Counted from the first letter of the stretch, positions 21,466 through 33,403 are shown. The stretch is 64,000 bases of DNA from Carpediemonas membranifera BICM (GCA_019828565.1 JAHDYR010000038.1:875781-939780), one strand, 5' to 3'. Translations and numbers: made by a program. Notes: a model not told the origin generated them from the letters alone.

Positions 21466-22957
21466 TCACTCCTCTGTTATCTCCGGCTGCTGAACCGCCT
21501 GTGAGTCAGCCTCGTCCATCGGCTGGTCCATCGGTTCAGTCTGTTCAGTACGCTCAGTAAACTCGGCCTGCTGGGTCTGCTCCGTCAGCTCGGGCTGTTC
21601 AGTTTCTTGTGTAGGGTCAGGCTCCTCGGCTTGCCCGCTCAGCTCGACCTGATCCGTCTGCTGAGTCTGCTCAGTCTCGTCAGTTTGCTGTGCTATCTCA
21701 GTCTGCTCGGTGTGATCCGTCTGCTGGGTCAGGTCGATCTGCGGTGTTGGCTCCATCGGCTGACTCGGCCCCTCCGCCTCCTTCTGTGGCTCGGGCGGAG
21801 CCTTGCTCTCCCCCGGGCTTACCCGCATGGCGGCCCACAACCCCTCAATGACGGGCATCAGCTGCTCGGCAAGCATCCCCTGCCACTCTTCATCGGAGCT
21901 CAGCAGCGCCCGACCGTCCCTGTCGTAGCCCCGTATGGCGGCGTTGTGGGTGCCGTGTGAGGCCTTGGCGTGCGGCATGCCCTGGATGGCGGTGATTTCC
22001 GTATACGACGCCTCCCTCAGCATCGCGACGCTTCGGGGCACCTTATGCTTAGGCACCACCGCGAGGATGTGGATGAGGATGGCGTAGTAGACCTCCAGTG
22101 GGTAGAACCGCAGAAACAAGTCCGTTTCCTGGTGTACCTCGAGCAGCAGCGGGTGCGCCGCCTTGCACAGCTCGTTCCGGGCGGCGTGGATCGGTCCACG
22201 GAGCAGCGCCGCCTCTGCTGTGCGCTCGGCGTTGACCCTGCAGTACTTCTCCGCGGTGTTCTTCTCAACGATCTTCTCGAGCAGGCGGGGCAGCTTGACG
22301 AGCTCGCTGTTGACCAGCTTGAACAGCGCGTCCACGTGCATGTCGGGCATGAGTATGAGGTCGAAGTTGACTGTCAGTGCGAGGTGCCTTTCCCGTCTGA
22401 GAACGTTGTGCCAATGTGTCTTGGAGTACTTGAACGACGGGACGTGGATCTTCCCCGCAAACTCCAGCAGCAGCTCCCAGAACGAGCTGACCTTGACCTC
22501 CTTGAACCGGTCGTACGTTTTCTGGGCGACCCACAGCGCGGCAAACACGGTGACGAAGCCGCTGTACCACTGCGCCTCGGCCGCAGAGGGCATATCCCGA
22601 CTCACAGGGTTCATGTCGGACGGCGCGTGCTCTCTCCGTGCGAGGTCGACGCTGCGGGGGTCCGTGTAGTAGCGGCGAAGCAGGAGCATGGCAAGGATGG
22701 TGATCTTATCGCCGCTATGTGAGGGTACGGAGGGGGACAAACAGTTTCCGCTTAGCGCAGATCTTTCTAATAAGTCTGCAGTACTCGCTGAGGAGCTCTT
22801 GCTCCTCCTCGTATGATAATGGGATTCTCTTCGGTAAGTCAGGTCTTAACTCATCATTGGGGTTCCTTCCGCCTGAAAGGTAGTATAGCTCCTCAAAATC
22901 GAACACCCAATTCGAACATGGGCTTTTCCGTTGATGTTCTGGTGCGGAAGTCATCAT
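21466..22957 (-). CDS. Hypothetical protein with Q/E/T-rich repetitive tail, one 28-nt intron (22715-22742)
   Basis: Intron GTTTGT...CCTCACATAG joins ORFs 22715-22996 and 21466-22740 in frame. Confidence 0.7.
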
Positions 22958-23306
22958 CGCCACCAAGCCGTTCTTAACCTGCCCGCCGTGGGACACGAGT
23001 GCAAGGAACCTGGGTAGTGGTGACGAACAGGACCAGTGTGTCGACAGATGGTGTCAGATGCGCTCGTGTGCCTGTAAGGTAGCGCTGTGCCGCGCAGGAT
23101 TAGAATTGTTCAGTCTAAAAAGATCCCGCCCAGAACCGTCGCTCTTACCATCGCCGACGCCCTCATGTCCGCTACCCTTCTGGTGTACGACAGGTGGGCC
23201 GTCAGACTGAACCTGTTCAGTCCTCTGGAGTTCATCCCAGGGGGGTCGACAGCTTAAGTCACCTTTACATGAATCCTCCGCATAAACCCTCTAAATACCA
23301 CAAGCG

Positions 23307-23398
23307 TGTGCTATTGAAGGGTCAAACAATGTGTTTACTGAGGAGGTTTAGACCCGTGGTGGTGTAAATGGTCCAAACTAGGGGATTTGAATGCATCA
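23307..23398 (-). repeat. 3' LTR of Gypsy 2 (92 bp)
   Basis: Identical to 27860-27951; preceded on the minus strand by GAAGGAGGGGGGGTAG. Confidence 0.97.
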
Positions 23399-23424
23399 CT
23401 ACCCCCCCTCCTTCAATGCGATGT

Positions 23425-26400
23425 CTAATCCTGCCGAGTGCCATTTGATTGGCGGGCCGACATTCTGAGCTTCAAATCATCAAACCGCTTCATGGCTTCC
23501 TCTAGGGGTGTATTCACCTGCAGGTACTGCTGAAGTATCGCATTGCCTCTCATATCCTCGTCTGTTGGGTTTCTCCACGTGTCGTCTGCTGGTTCGTATC
23601 CTAACCAGCGCACCTTCACCTCTGGCGTCTTCATCACGTCCTTCTTGATCCTGTGCGTGACGATCTCTTTGATATACGTGTGCATACGGTCCTTGGCGCA
23701 TTCTGCCTTCGCCTTCTCCTCATCCCAGTCGCCTTCTGCGAGCTTCAGATGCTTCACGTGCTTCTTATACGTCTTGTTCGTCTCGGGGTCCCTTATCACG
23801 AACGAGCTGGCGTTTCCAGGTGCCTTCTTGACCACCTGAAGTGGGCCTCTCCATCGTAGCTGGTACTTCCCTCTCTGTTCTGCATCCCTGTCGACCATGA
23901 CCCACGCCTTGGCTGTGATACGGGTCGGTGTCCTCTTGTTGTGCTTGTCCTGTCTGGCCTTGGCCGCGTCGTACGTCTTCTTCGCCGCGTCCCTGCGCTG
24001 TTGAGCTCTCATCTTCTCGTTCCGGACCATCTTGTCAATGACGTCCGTAACGTCGGCTCTCTCCTGGTTCGACAGTGTCATCTTCCCTTCCCGCTCTGTG
24101 GACACCACTAGCTTCCAGGGTGACGTGCCTGTCGTGGCAGATCTAGCCTGGTTGATGATGTTCTGAACCGCTGGCAGTAGGCCCATCCATTGCTTCGTGC
24201 CGCGCTGATGCATCTCGTCCCTGAGGTGGCGGTTCACTTCGCGATTCCTGCGCTCAACGATCCCATTCTCCTCGTGATGGTACGGGGTGGTCGTCTTCGC
24301 GCCCCCGCCTAGCTCTGCCGCGAACGACTTGAACTCCTTCGAGTCGAACTGCCGTCCGCTATCGGTCACCCACTCGACCGGGGGCGGGAAGTGTGTGAGG
24401 TATCTTTCCCTGATTGCTCTGATGGTGGCGGCGGAGGTCACCGTCTTCAGTGGGCACAGGGTGACCCACCTCGTCGACTCCTCCACCAGCACCAGGATGT
24501 ACCGGTAACCCTGGTCTGCCTCTGCCATGTTGATGGTGTCGGCGAACACGCGACTGAACGGCGACGCTGGCATGCGCAGCTGCTCCTGATATTGCTCGCG
24601 TGACCGGTGTTCGGCGTTCTTCTGGCACACGGGGCACTCCTTAACCATCCTCTGGACGTCCGTGTCCGCAGTGTCCCAGCGCAATCCCTTATCCTCGAGC
24701 TTCCACAGCGTCTGGTCAACCCCGTGGTGACCGGTGCCAGGTCCGTGAACGGACTTGAAGCGTGGCAGCTTCTGGGACTCGGGTATGGCCGGGAACGTGC
24801 CCTCCTCTTCGGGCTCGGCGTCAAGGGTGTCGCCCTCGTCTGTCCCGGCTGCTTCCTCGGTGTCGCTTTCGTCTGCCTCGTCGCGCTCGCGGTCAGGCTG
24901 TCCTGCCGCCTCTTCGCGGAACCGAACTCTCGGCTCGTCGGCGGCGACTTCTTCCGACTCTTCCTCCGCTGCGTCGACTGCACACATCACGGACACGATC
25001 GCACCCTGCTGCTCTGGTGTCAGGCTCTCGGCTTCTGCGCGGGGCATTCTGGACAGGCCGTCCGCGACCGTATTAGACTTACCAGGCACGTGGGTGATGC
25101 TGAACTTGAGGTTGCCCAGCTCAAGTGCCCAGCGCTGCACCATGGGGTCGACGTTGCCCCACGTGTACACGAGGTTACGGTGGTCCGTGAACATCTCAAA
25201 CTCCCCTTGTGGCTAGGAACCGTCTCATCTTCCTCGTGGCCGCTATGATGGCGAATGCCTCCTTGCGGTAGGTGCTCCACTTGCGCTGGCTTGCTGTCAG
25301 GGCCTTGGAGAAGAACATCACAGGTCGCTTCGACCCGTCGTCCTCGACTCTGACCAGCACTGCGCCGACACCGGTGTCGGACGCGTCGGTGAACAGCTGT
25401 AGGCGGTCGTCAGGGCCCGGTGTGACCAACAGTGTGGGGGAGGTGACGATCTTCTTCAGTCTCTTGAACGCCTCTCTCTGGGGGTCGCCCCACACGAACG
25501 TCTGGCCCTTGATCTCCAGCTTGCGGATCGGCTCGGTGATGTCCGCGTAGCCGGGGATGAACTGGGAGAAGAAGTTGAAGATGCCCAATGTGGACCTGAC
25601 GTCACTCACGTTTGTCGGGTCGGGCAGCTCCTGGACACCCTGGACGCGCCATGGGGGATGCGCTTTCCCTCCGCCGACACTATCCATCCGAGGTACTCCA
25701 CCTCCGTCAACCCGAAAAAGCACTTGTTCTTGTTGAGCTTCAGCTTCTTCTCTCGCACCCGGTCCATCACCCGCATCAGGTTCGCCTGGTACTCTTCCCA
25801 GGTCGACCCATAGACGATGATGTCGTCCACGTACACAAGACACGCCGTGCCCAGCATGTCCGCGAAAGCCTCCTCTAAGGCCTCTTGCATATGGCCAGCC
25901 GCGGTGGCAAGGCCGAACGGCATCGTAGTGTAGGTATAGTGCCCCTTGGAGTACGTGAACGCCAGGTACTCCTGTGTGTCGGGGTGCACCGGGACCTGAT
26001 GGAAGGCCTTGCTGAGGTCAAGTGCTGCGAAGTACTTGTTGCCCCTCAGCCTCTCGATCAGCTCTTCCGTCGACGGCAAGTCGTGCTGAGTCATGGACGC
26101 CAGGAGCTCGTTCAGTGGCGAGTAGTCCATGCACGGCCGCCACGTCCCGGCCTTCTTCCGCACCATGACCACTGAGCTGCTCCAGGGAGACTTGGTTGGG
26201 ATGATGATCCCGCTTTCCTCCAGCTTCTGCATCTCTGACCGGAGTTCATCCTCCACCTGTCTTGGGAACCTTCGGGGCAGACGGAAGTAGGGTCGGGCGT
26301 CCTTCTTCAGCGTGACCTTGAACGGCTTAAGGTCTGCTGGTTCGCCTGCATCGCCGAAGCAGTCGCTGTATCTCTCGGCCCAGTCCTCTGTGAGCTTGGA

Positions 26401-27846
26401 GATGACCTGGATGGGGTCTGCTTCGGTGTCAAGGTTGCGGTTGATTAGGCCGAGGGAGTCAATCACCTCCATGTTGATGAGGAACGACTCGGCCTTGTCC
26501 ATCGCATACCAGGTCGGCGTCGCGGTGACCTCTCTGTCGAGGTGGAGGGTGATCGGCACATCTGACAACACTCGGTAGACCCTCCTCATCGACTCGTCAG
26601 CCAAGCGGACTGTCTCGCCCCGCGTGGCGATCTTCAGTCCCTTCTCGACGGCCCAGTCCCTCGGCACGACGCTGAACGAGGAGCAGGTGTCCATGCGGAC
26701 GATCAACTCTTCGCCCAGCAGACTGGCCTTCTCCTGCCAGATAGTCTTGGACGCTAACATAAAACAGAAAGGATACTCAGATGGCTTTACAACTGTGCAC
26801 TGGTGCGACTTGTGGCCGAACTCGCCGCACCTGAAGCACTTCGGCTCCTCGTGTGGGCAGTCGGCCGAGTCGTGACCCTTTTCGCCGCAGTTGAAGCAGC
26901 CGCGGCCCCCTTGCCGCCGCTCAGGCTTGGCCCCCTCGGCCGCGCCGTCATTGCGTCTGCGCTCTCCCGTCCTCGCTGGCATCTTCCGCTCCTCTCTCGG
27001 CTTGCTCTGCAGTGACTCGAGCTGCTTCTGTAGGGCCGCGAGCCGGCTGCTCGGCACCAGGTCAAACTCTCGCATGGCATCTGTTCGGGCCCGTAGGTAC
27101 TTTGCTATGACCTTCAACGACTTCGCGACTGTTGACTTGGAAAGAACAACAGAGCGAAGAGACGATGCGATCGTCTCGTCATCGAGGCTCGCCAGAACGA
27201 TCTCCTGGAGCTCTCTAGCATCCAGGGATCCGACCTTCTCGAACAGATCTACCATATCCGTGAACACATGGCGGTAACGGGTGAAAGAGGTCTCACGGAG
27301 CTTGCGAAGCTCGCGGTACGCGCGCTGAAGACTGATATTGGTTAGTGTGGCCTCAGCCATCACCACCCAGCGCTCATCGCGCTTCCTCCTCGTTGTCTTC
27401 GCCTCCTTCTTCTCTTGGTCTTGAGCCATGATGTACCGGAGCAAAGCGTCGTCCCGGGCGGTCGTCTTGCCGCTTGTCTTCTTCTTCCGGGCCGGGTTGG
27501 CGATGAGTGTGCTCCGGGCGTCATCCTCGGAGTCGCTCTGGGCGTGCGCGTCTTCGCCGCCCCTGCTGCTGTCGCTACCCTCGTTGGCGCTGAACATCTC
27601 CTCGTCGTCTTCACTCGAGCTGTCAGAGCTGTCATCGGAGCTTTCGTCGTCCTCCAGAGCTTGGTATGCGTCCTTGATACTTGTTCTCACTTTCGCGTCG
27701 ATGCACTCGAAGAGGGTCTTCGGCTTGACCTCATCTTCAGCATAGAGTGCGTAGCTCATGCGGAACCTCACCCAGTCGGCTGCAGTGTGCCGGAGATACT
27801 TCGGGTAAGTCCCTTTTGGGTCGTCGTCATCGTCATCCTTCTTCAT
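23425..27846 (-). CDS. Gypsy 2 gag-pol polyprotein (frameshifts near 25650 and 25200 at G/C runs)
   Basis: ORFs 25606-27846, 25196-25843 and 23425-25194 give the order gag-PR-RT-RH-IN-chromo. Confidence 0.9.
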
Positions 27847-27859
27847 GCGTAGTAATTAC

Positions 27860-27951
27860 TGTGCTATTGAAGGGTCAAACAATGTGTTTACTGAGGAGGT
27901 TTAGACCCGTGGTGGTGTAAATGGTCCAAACTAGGGGATTTGAATGCATCA
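27860..27951 (-). repeat. 5' LTR of Gypsy 2 (92 bp)
   Basis: Identical to 23307-23398. Confidence 0.97.
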
Positions 27952-27968
27952 AAGCGCGAATCCTTAAA

Positions 27969-28622
27969 ATGCGCAAGAAGCGACGCATGAGCACGGACGG
28001 CCCTACGCTCACGATTGTTCTTGAACAGGCGCAGTTTGAGCTAGTGAATGTTAAGAGAGGTGGTACTATGCGCACAGAACTGCTCTCCTCCGATCCTAGA
28101 ACGGCAGAGATGAATGTCCGCCCTGAGCTCGTCCATCAGACTCTTCTGAACCTTCTAGATTGCCCTTTGTGCAAGTCTGGGCATCTTAAGATTCTCATCC
28201 ACACTGAGAGTGGCGTCGTCATCTCCGTCTCCCCCAGCATCCGCATCCCCAGAACGTACGGCCGGTTCGCCCCGCTCATCGTCAAGGTCCTCGAGGAAGG
28301 TGTCCTCCGTACCGTCGTGGAGGGCGAGGAGGGCGAGACTCTTATGGAGCGGCTGGAGGGGTCGATCGAGCAGCACATGGCCGGCCGGCGCGTGGTCCTG
28401 GAGCCGAACCTGTCTAAGCTCGTCGAGATCAACCAGTACGTCAACCATCAGCTCGAGGCCGCAGCTGACCACACCTTCATCATTGGCGTCTCGACTGCCG
28501 AGGAGGTCGAGCTCGCCTACCATGTCGACGACTTCATCACCGTCTCCGAGTACGAGGTTGCCGCGTCGTACCTCGCTACAAAGGTCACCACCGCCTTCGA
28601 GAGGCTCTATGCTATCGAATGA
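27969..28622 (+). CDS. EMG1: rRNA small-subunit pseudouridine methyltransferase Nep1/Emg1
   Basis: IVLEQAQFE, RPELVHQTLLNLLDCPL, IRIPRTYGRF, AFERLY. Confidence 0.92.
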   Translation: MRKKRRMSTDGPTLTIVLEQAQFELVNVKRGGTMRTELLSSDPRTAEMNVRPELVHQTLLNLLDCPLCKSGHLKILIHTESGVVISVSPSIRIPRTYGRFAPLIVKVLEEGVLRTVVEGEEGETLMERLEGSIEQHMAGRRVVLEPNLSKLVEINQYVNHQLEAAADHTFIIGVSTAEEVELAYHVDDFITVSEYEVAASYLATKVTTAFERLYAIE

Positions 28623-28661
28623 TGCTCTCATTCATCGGGATAAATCGCGCACTTTATTGCC

Positions 28662-30308
28662 TCAAAAAAGCGGTGGCGGCAGGGCTGCGATACTGACGGC
28701 CATGAGCGTGTTGCCCTTAGGCGCGTGCTTCTTATCGACGTCCCGCATCTTGGGCACGCCGCTGCTCCACGTCAAGCGATGCCAGTGGCCACGGGGGTCT
28801 CGGAACAGGTGGCCAGGTGCCCACTCGAGCAGCTCGAAGGGGAGCTCATACGCCCCGGTGCTGTCGTGGCACACAGTCATGCCGTCGGTCGCCCAGTAGA
28901 GGTGGTCTACCTTGACGTCGATGCCCTTGACCCGGGTGGGGAAGCGGAGGGCCGTTGCCGTCATGCACAGATCGCCGATCTGGTGGCCGGGCAGCAGGCG
29001 GGGCAGTCCGGCGAGGTTGGGGAGTCTGCCGGCAAACAGCAGCTGCGTGTCCCCGAAGTAGTAGGCGAACGCAATGCCGGGGCCCGGTGTGAACATCATC
29101 ACGTGGTTGAACGTGTGCTGGGCGGATTCGAAGCGCCGCATCCTCCTCGCGTGGCCCAGCCCGAGCTGGCCACACTCGTTCTCCCCGCTGACGAGGAGCC
29201 GCTTGCCCTGTCCGAGGACGCACACCCGTAGGGCCGACAGACTCACCTTGAGCCCAGACACACTGCCGCCCGGCATCGCCACGGGGACGAAGCCCGCGGT
29301 GATCATGTGCTCGTGGCCGCTGAGCCAGGCCAGGTCGGCACCGCCCGCCACAAGCAGGCCGACGGGGGTGCACAAAAAGATGCGGTCCGAGAACTTGACC
29401 CAGGAGAGCAGCTTGTGCCGCCGCCACGGGTGCAGAGACCGCTCGTAGTCGGCGACCTTCGGGCACATGTCCCACGAGACCCGGGCGGGGTGGTTGAGCA
29501 CGTTGACCCGGTGGCGAGGGGCAAAGATCCCGAAGAGGTCAAACCCCCAGCCAACGAGGCCCCTGTACGTCGATGCAATGACTGTCGCCATGCGCTTGTC
29601 GACATGCAGGTTGACGAACCCGGCACCCGGCACCCGATTGAACACGCCGTAGTTGGTGGGCGCCACGCACGCCCGCTCGATGAGCAGCTGCCGGGGCACG
29701 CATATGAACACGCGGCCGCCGTACAGCCTGAAGTCGGACCAGGCGGCCCTGTCCCCGTCGACGTTAGTGTGATGGACCCGGGACCCCTCCCGCTCCGCCT
29801 GGTCCCGACTGTGCAGCGTCTTCTTGCATAAAAACCAGAGGCACCGGTCGTCGGGCGTGTACTTGCGCTGATTGTTTGTCTTGAGGTCCGGGTCGGCGCC
29901 GACGTGCATCATGATGGCCCACGTGGTCGTCGGCGACAGCGTGTGGAGGCGGTCGGTGCTCAGCTCGCTCACCAGCTGGGGTGCTGGCATGCTCATCTCA
30001 GATCCCCTCGCGAGGATGGAGCGGGCGATGTCGACGGCTGCCCTGGCGCTGCGGCGCAATTTCGGACGAAGAATCTTCAGCTCTGCCTTGAGATCCTTTG
30101 TTGTGCAGTGCTGGAACTTCTCTCGCAGCTCTTCAATGTTGTTCATCTCGGGTATCTCGCTTGCAGTCTCGTTTTTGAAGGCTACAGCAAGCTGTGTTGG
30201 AATGTCGCCCGGGATTTGCTCGGTGATGACTACTGCGTGCTGATATGCAAGAATGAGTGCATCTCTTGTGCGGAAGCGAGCAGAACCGCCATTCTCGTTC
30301 AGGGACAT
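28662..30308 (-). CDS. Lineage-specific protein with degenerate RCC1-like repeats (paralog of 35436-37100)
   Basis: GENECGQLGLGH; shares GADPDL, LWFLCKK, L(H/P)PW..H, TPVG and QLLFAG blocks with the second copy. Confidence 0.75.
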   Translation of the reverse strand: MSLNENGGSARFRTRDALILAYQHAVVITEQIPGDIPTQLAVAFKNETASEIPEMNNIEELREKFQHCTTKDLKAELKILRPKLRRSARAAVDIARSILARGSEMSMPAPQLVSELSTDRLHTLSPTTTWAIMMHVGADPDLKTNNQRKYTPDDRCLWFLCKKTLHSRDQAEREGSRVHHTNVDGDRAAWSDFRLYGGRVFICVPRQLLIERACVAPTNYGVFNRVPGAGFVNLHVDKRMATVIASTYRGLVGWGFDLFGIFAPRHRVNVLNHPARVSWDMCPKVADYERSLHPWRRHKLLSWVKFSDRIFLCTPVGLLVAGGADLAWLSGHEHMITAGFVPVAMPGGSVSGLKVSLSALRVCVLGQGKRLLVSGENECGQLGLGHARRMRRFESAQHTFNHVMMFTPGPGIAFAYYFGDTQLLFAGRLPNLAGLPRLLPGHQIGDLCMTATALRFPTRVKGIDVKVDHLYWATDGMTVCHDSTGAYELPFELLEWAPGHLFRDPRGHWHRLTWSSGVPKMRDVDKKHAPKGNTLMAVSIAALPPPLF

Positions 30309-30746
30309 GGGAACTGCGGGTTAAAAGAGGGCTTGCACTGTCAGATCGACTCTGCTCGGGTCGAGCTCACGGCAATCAGAGGGGTCAGCACAGTCATCAG
30401 AGTGTTGTCGGGGGGGGCCGTTAGCCAGCATGTTTGTGGTCGTCTTTCATTAGCTCGACGCATCCAGCCAGTGGGAGTCGCAGTGTCAATGTCAATTGAG
30501 TGAACTGATAAGGCAGTGACACTCTTGTCGCCAATCAACCTCACTTCAGTTGGGTCAGTCGGCCTCCTACTACTGCCTCAAATGTTTTGCCTCGAGGAAC
30601 AACGTGGTCCTGTTGCACAATCACGTGGTATCCCAATTGTTACCGGCAGTATCATGGTGGCGATTGAGTCATCATCCAATATTGAGATGATGATCCGTGG
30701 AGATCGGAAAATCGAGGTGCAAATCCAGACTATTAGAGCTACTTCC

Positions 30747-31397
30747 ATGTCTGAAAACGCCGAGACGGAAACAGTGTTCTTGGAACCATACAACGTCCAG
30801 TTTAGTGGCTACCAGCAGGACTTTGAGGCCGCAGAAGTAGCCCAACTCCCAGAGTCTGGCTATGAGTCCGAAACTACCGCTTCTGAAAGCTCCACGCTCG
30901 AAGTAGACATCAAGTACGGCCAATCGGATGGCGATAGCCCCGAGAACTTGCCCGATCCCGTGTCGTACCCCGCCACTGGTGCCCTCCCACCGGCCTTCGC
31001 CGGTCCCAACGCCTTCAAGACCCGCAGGCGGAACTTCAGGCTGATTAATATGGTTCTGCGCACCCTCAACATCGGTGCGGATGCTCTGTTCGTCTGCCTT
31101 GTCGCTGCCAGCCTCCCAGCGATGCTGACGATCCTCGTGGCCACCCAGGACTTCATAGCGCCCACGGTGGTGCTGTTCATCGGGCTGCCCTTCATATTTG
31201 TGGGCCTCCTTGAGATATGCGGCGAGGTTGTGACATTCAAGGCGCTCAATAGGGTGGGGAAACTGGTCACCCCCATATTCGTCATATCGTCGCTGTTGAA
31301 GATAGCGTGCGGCATCGTCTACACCTTCGGGGCCCCAGTGGTGATGGCCAAGGTATACATCTTCCTCTTCGTCCTGCTCGCATTCATCGGCCGATAG
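30747..31397 (+). CDS. Hypothetical membrane protein (acidic N-terminus, about 4 hydrophobic segments)
   Basis: Open frame with a hydrophobic C-terminal half; start uncertain. Confidence 0.6.
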   Translation: MSENAETETVFLEPYNVQFSGYQQDFEAAEVAQLPESGYESETTASESSTLEVDIKYGQSDGDSPENLPDPVSYPATGALPPAFAGPNAFKTRRRNFRLINMVLRTLNIGADALFVCLVAASLPAMLTILVATQDFIAPTVVLFIGLPFIFVGLLEICGEVVTFKALNRVGKLVTPIFVISSLLKIACGIVYTFGAPVVMAKVYIFLFVLLAFIGR

Positions 31398-31684
31398 GGT
31401 GGTCTAGATAATGGCTATTGTTAATACATTAACTATAAACTAGACGTCTCTGTCACGTGGGCGTCAGCGGCAGGGCTGGCCTGGTTCAATGTCCTTCCAT
31501 TCGGCATTGGAAGGCAGGGTGCCTCGTTCTGGTACTTGGTGTTTGATGTAATGTATGATGTTTTTCATCGTGAAGTCAAGCCCAGCAACACGGATGTTTA
31601 CAATCAGCACCTCAACGGCAGAACTACTTCTACTCCACCGGCTGTGTCTCCACCATGGCCACCGCACTTTAAGACACAATCGCA

Positions 31685-32269
31685 ATGTCGTCGCCCTCTT
31701 CAGAGTATAGCAGCTCTTCTGAAAGCGATGACGCCGAAATGATGGGTGAAATTGGTGAAATAACTCATGAGCAGATCGAGGCGATGATGAACGCCGCCGC
31801 TGAGGAGCCTTGTGAATATGTGCCACCTCCGGTCCAGGACGTCAGCAGCATCACTCTTCCTGATCATATTGCAACCACATGCATCGGAACCATCACAGGT
31901 ATTGTCGATGGGGCCGTCATGGTAACGAACTCGTCCGCCAAGGTCTTCGATCTCTCTTCGTTGCTCATCGTTCAGCAGCCCGATGGCATCCTCGTGCTCG
32001 GCAAGATCGATGACATCATTGGGCAGATCGAGAAGGCCATATACGTCATCTACAGGTCCGCCGAAGAGGCCGCCGCCTTCGAAGTTGGCTCCGAGGTCCT
32101 TGCTGTAGAAGGCCTGTCAACGGCAGTCAACGTCGACGTCCTCAAGCAGCAGAAGTTTACTGATGCCAGTGGGGCGAATGACAAGGAGAAGGAGGCAGAT
32201 TTCAGCGACGACGACGAGGAGCGTCGCCAACGGAAGGCCAGGAGGACTAGACGCCCGGCCGCACACTAA
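31685..32269 (+). CDS. NAF1: H/ACA RNP assembly factor Naf1 (Gar1/Naf1 domain)
   Basis: IGTITGIVD, LGKIDDIIG, TDASGANDKE...DFSDDDEER. Confidence 0.8.
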   Translation: MSSPSSEYSSSSESDDAEMMGEIGEITHEQIEAMMNAAAEEPCEYVPPPVQDVSSITLPDHIATTCIGTITGIVDGAVMVTNSSAKVFDLSSLLIVQQPDGILVLGKIDDIIGQIEKAIYVIYRSAEEAAAFEVGSEVLAVEGLSTAVNVDVLKQQKFTDASGANDKEKEADFSDDDEERRQRKARRTRRPAAH

Positions 32270-32413
32270 AATGTGTAAAACTCAAGCTAGTAGTGTCAAA
32301 CGCGGGTGGAAAGGAGGATGGACGCACTGAATCTAGCCGAATCACTCGAATCTCCATGAAACTTTTTCAGCGTTTTTTCTTTCAAACGTCGATAACAACT
32401 CGCAACCACGGTA

Positions 32414-33319
32414 ATGGCGTCATCTATCAGAGATAGCCCTATCAACAACTTTGAGGGTTCCGAGACTTCCGAAACTCCCAACGTGAACAGCCTTTCCTGG
32501 AGGAAGCGCTCCCAAAGCGCCACGACCCCCAAGGCTCTGAAGGTTAGTGGTTCTCCCAATGATTCGACACTTCTTTCTCCTTCCGTTCAGAAGCTCAGCA
32601 CTGTCTCTGGTCGTCTCTATGGCTTCCACAACACCGTCGAGACTGAGATTTCCCAGCGCCGTGTCGAGGAGGAGCAGCGTCTGCAGCTCATCAGGGATGC
32701 CGTCACCCACCTCGACAAGGTCCTGCAGGTCGAGACCAAGCGCCGTCAGGAGTCGTTTAAGACGCTGCAACTGATGTTCGAGCACCAGCTCTCCTCAATC
32801 CAGTCCCGCCTCACCGAGGAGATCCGCGAGACCTCCGAGGAGCTGTCCACCCGCATTGAGCAGATTGGCCACAAGATCGAGGACGTGGAGCGCCAAGTTC
32901 ACGAGGAGCGCGAGGTCCGCCAGGCCGAGTCCGAGGACTCTGTCGAGGCCGCTGTCAAGCAGGTCGCCGCCGTCCAGCAGGCCCTCGAGGCCGAGAAGGT
33001 CGCCCGTCTCGAGCGTGAGGCCGCCATTCTCAAGCGTGTCAGCGACGACAACTACCGCCTGCAGGAGAAGATCGAGTCCGAGCGCGTCGGCCGAGAGGGA
33101 ATTGTGTCCACCATCAGAGACGAGATCGAGTCCCTCGACCGCCAGCGCCAGCGCTTCGCCGAGCGCCAGCAGAGCACCCTCCTCGAGGAGATTGCTGAGA
33201 TGAAGGAGCGGCTTGACATGGAGATCAGCGGCCGGGAGAGTAGCGAGGCGCAGATCTGCCAGACCATCGATGAGGTGGTCGCCGGGCTTCAGAGCGGGAT
33301 TCACTTGATGTCTAAGTAA
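32414..33319 (+). CDS. SF-assemblin / beta-giardin family striated-fibre protein
   Basis: Short Ser/Pro-rich head, then a rod with LQVETKRRQES, EKVARLERE and ending LQSGIHLM. Confidence 0.85.
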   Translation: MASSIRDSPINNFEGSETSETPNVNSLSWRKRSQSATTPKALKVSGSPNDSTLLSPSVQKLSTVSGRLYGFHNTVETEISQRRVEEEQRLQLIRDAVTHLDKVLQVETKRRQESFKTLQLMFEHQLSSIQSRLTEEIRETSEELSTRIEQIGHKIEDVERQVHEEREVRQAESEDSVEAAVKQVAAVQQALEAEKVARLEREAAILKRVSDDNYRLQEKIESERVGREGIVSTIRDEIESLDRQRQRFAERQQSTLLEEIAEMKERLDMEISGRESSEAQICQTIDEVVAGLQSGIHLMSK

Positions 33320-33403
33320 TTGTTGTAAACCTGTATTCTACCTGGCTGAGGCTTTGAACGCCGTATTGGCTCGACTTCGTTCTCTGCGCAGTTTAGCCCA
33401 AGA

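Larger units (their letters stand above)
23307..27951 (-). mobile_element. Complete Ty3/Gypsy chromovirus-type LTR retrotransposon 2 (4645 bp)
   Basis: Identical 92-bp TG...CA LTRs, 5-bp TSD AAGCG (23302-23306 and 27952-27956), PPT 23399-23414. Gag with two CCHC knuckles, protease MDTCSS, RT YVDD, RNase H FTDASD, integrase HHCC/DDE, chromodomain-like VRWLGYEPADDTW. Confidence 0.97.

Noticed and set aside
23205-23222. Palindrome GACTGAAC-CT-GTTCAGTC near the Gypsy 2 insertion
   Set aside because: A single short palindrome with no second occurrence or supporting context.
27845-27951. Tf1-type self-priming or standard tRNA PBS for Gypsy 2
   Set aside because: No TGG start and no adequate complement of the PBS-position motif within the LTR.
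27921-27968. N-terminal extensions of EMG1 (also PCNA from 45597 and the VEFS gene from 51605) in the ORF track
   Set aside because: These starts fall inside mobile-element termini; homology begins at the downstream ATGs.
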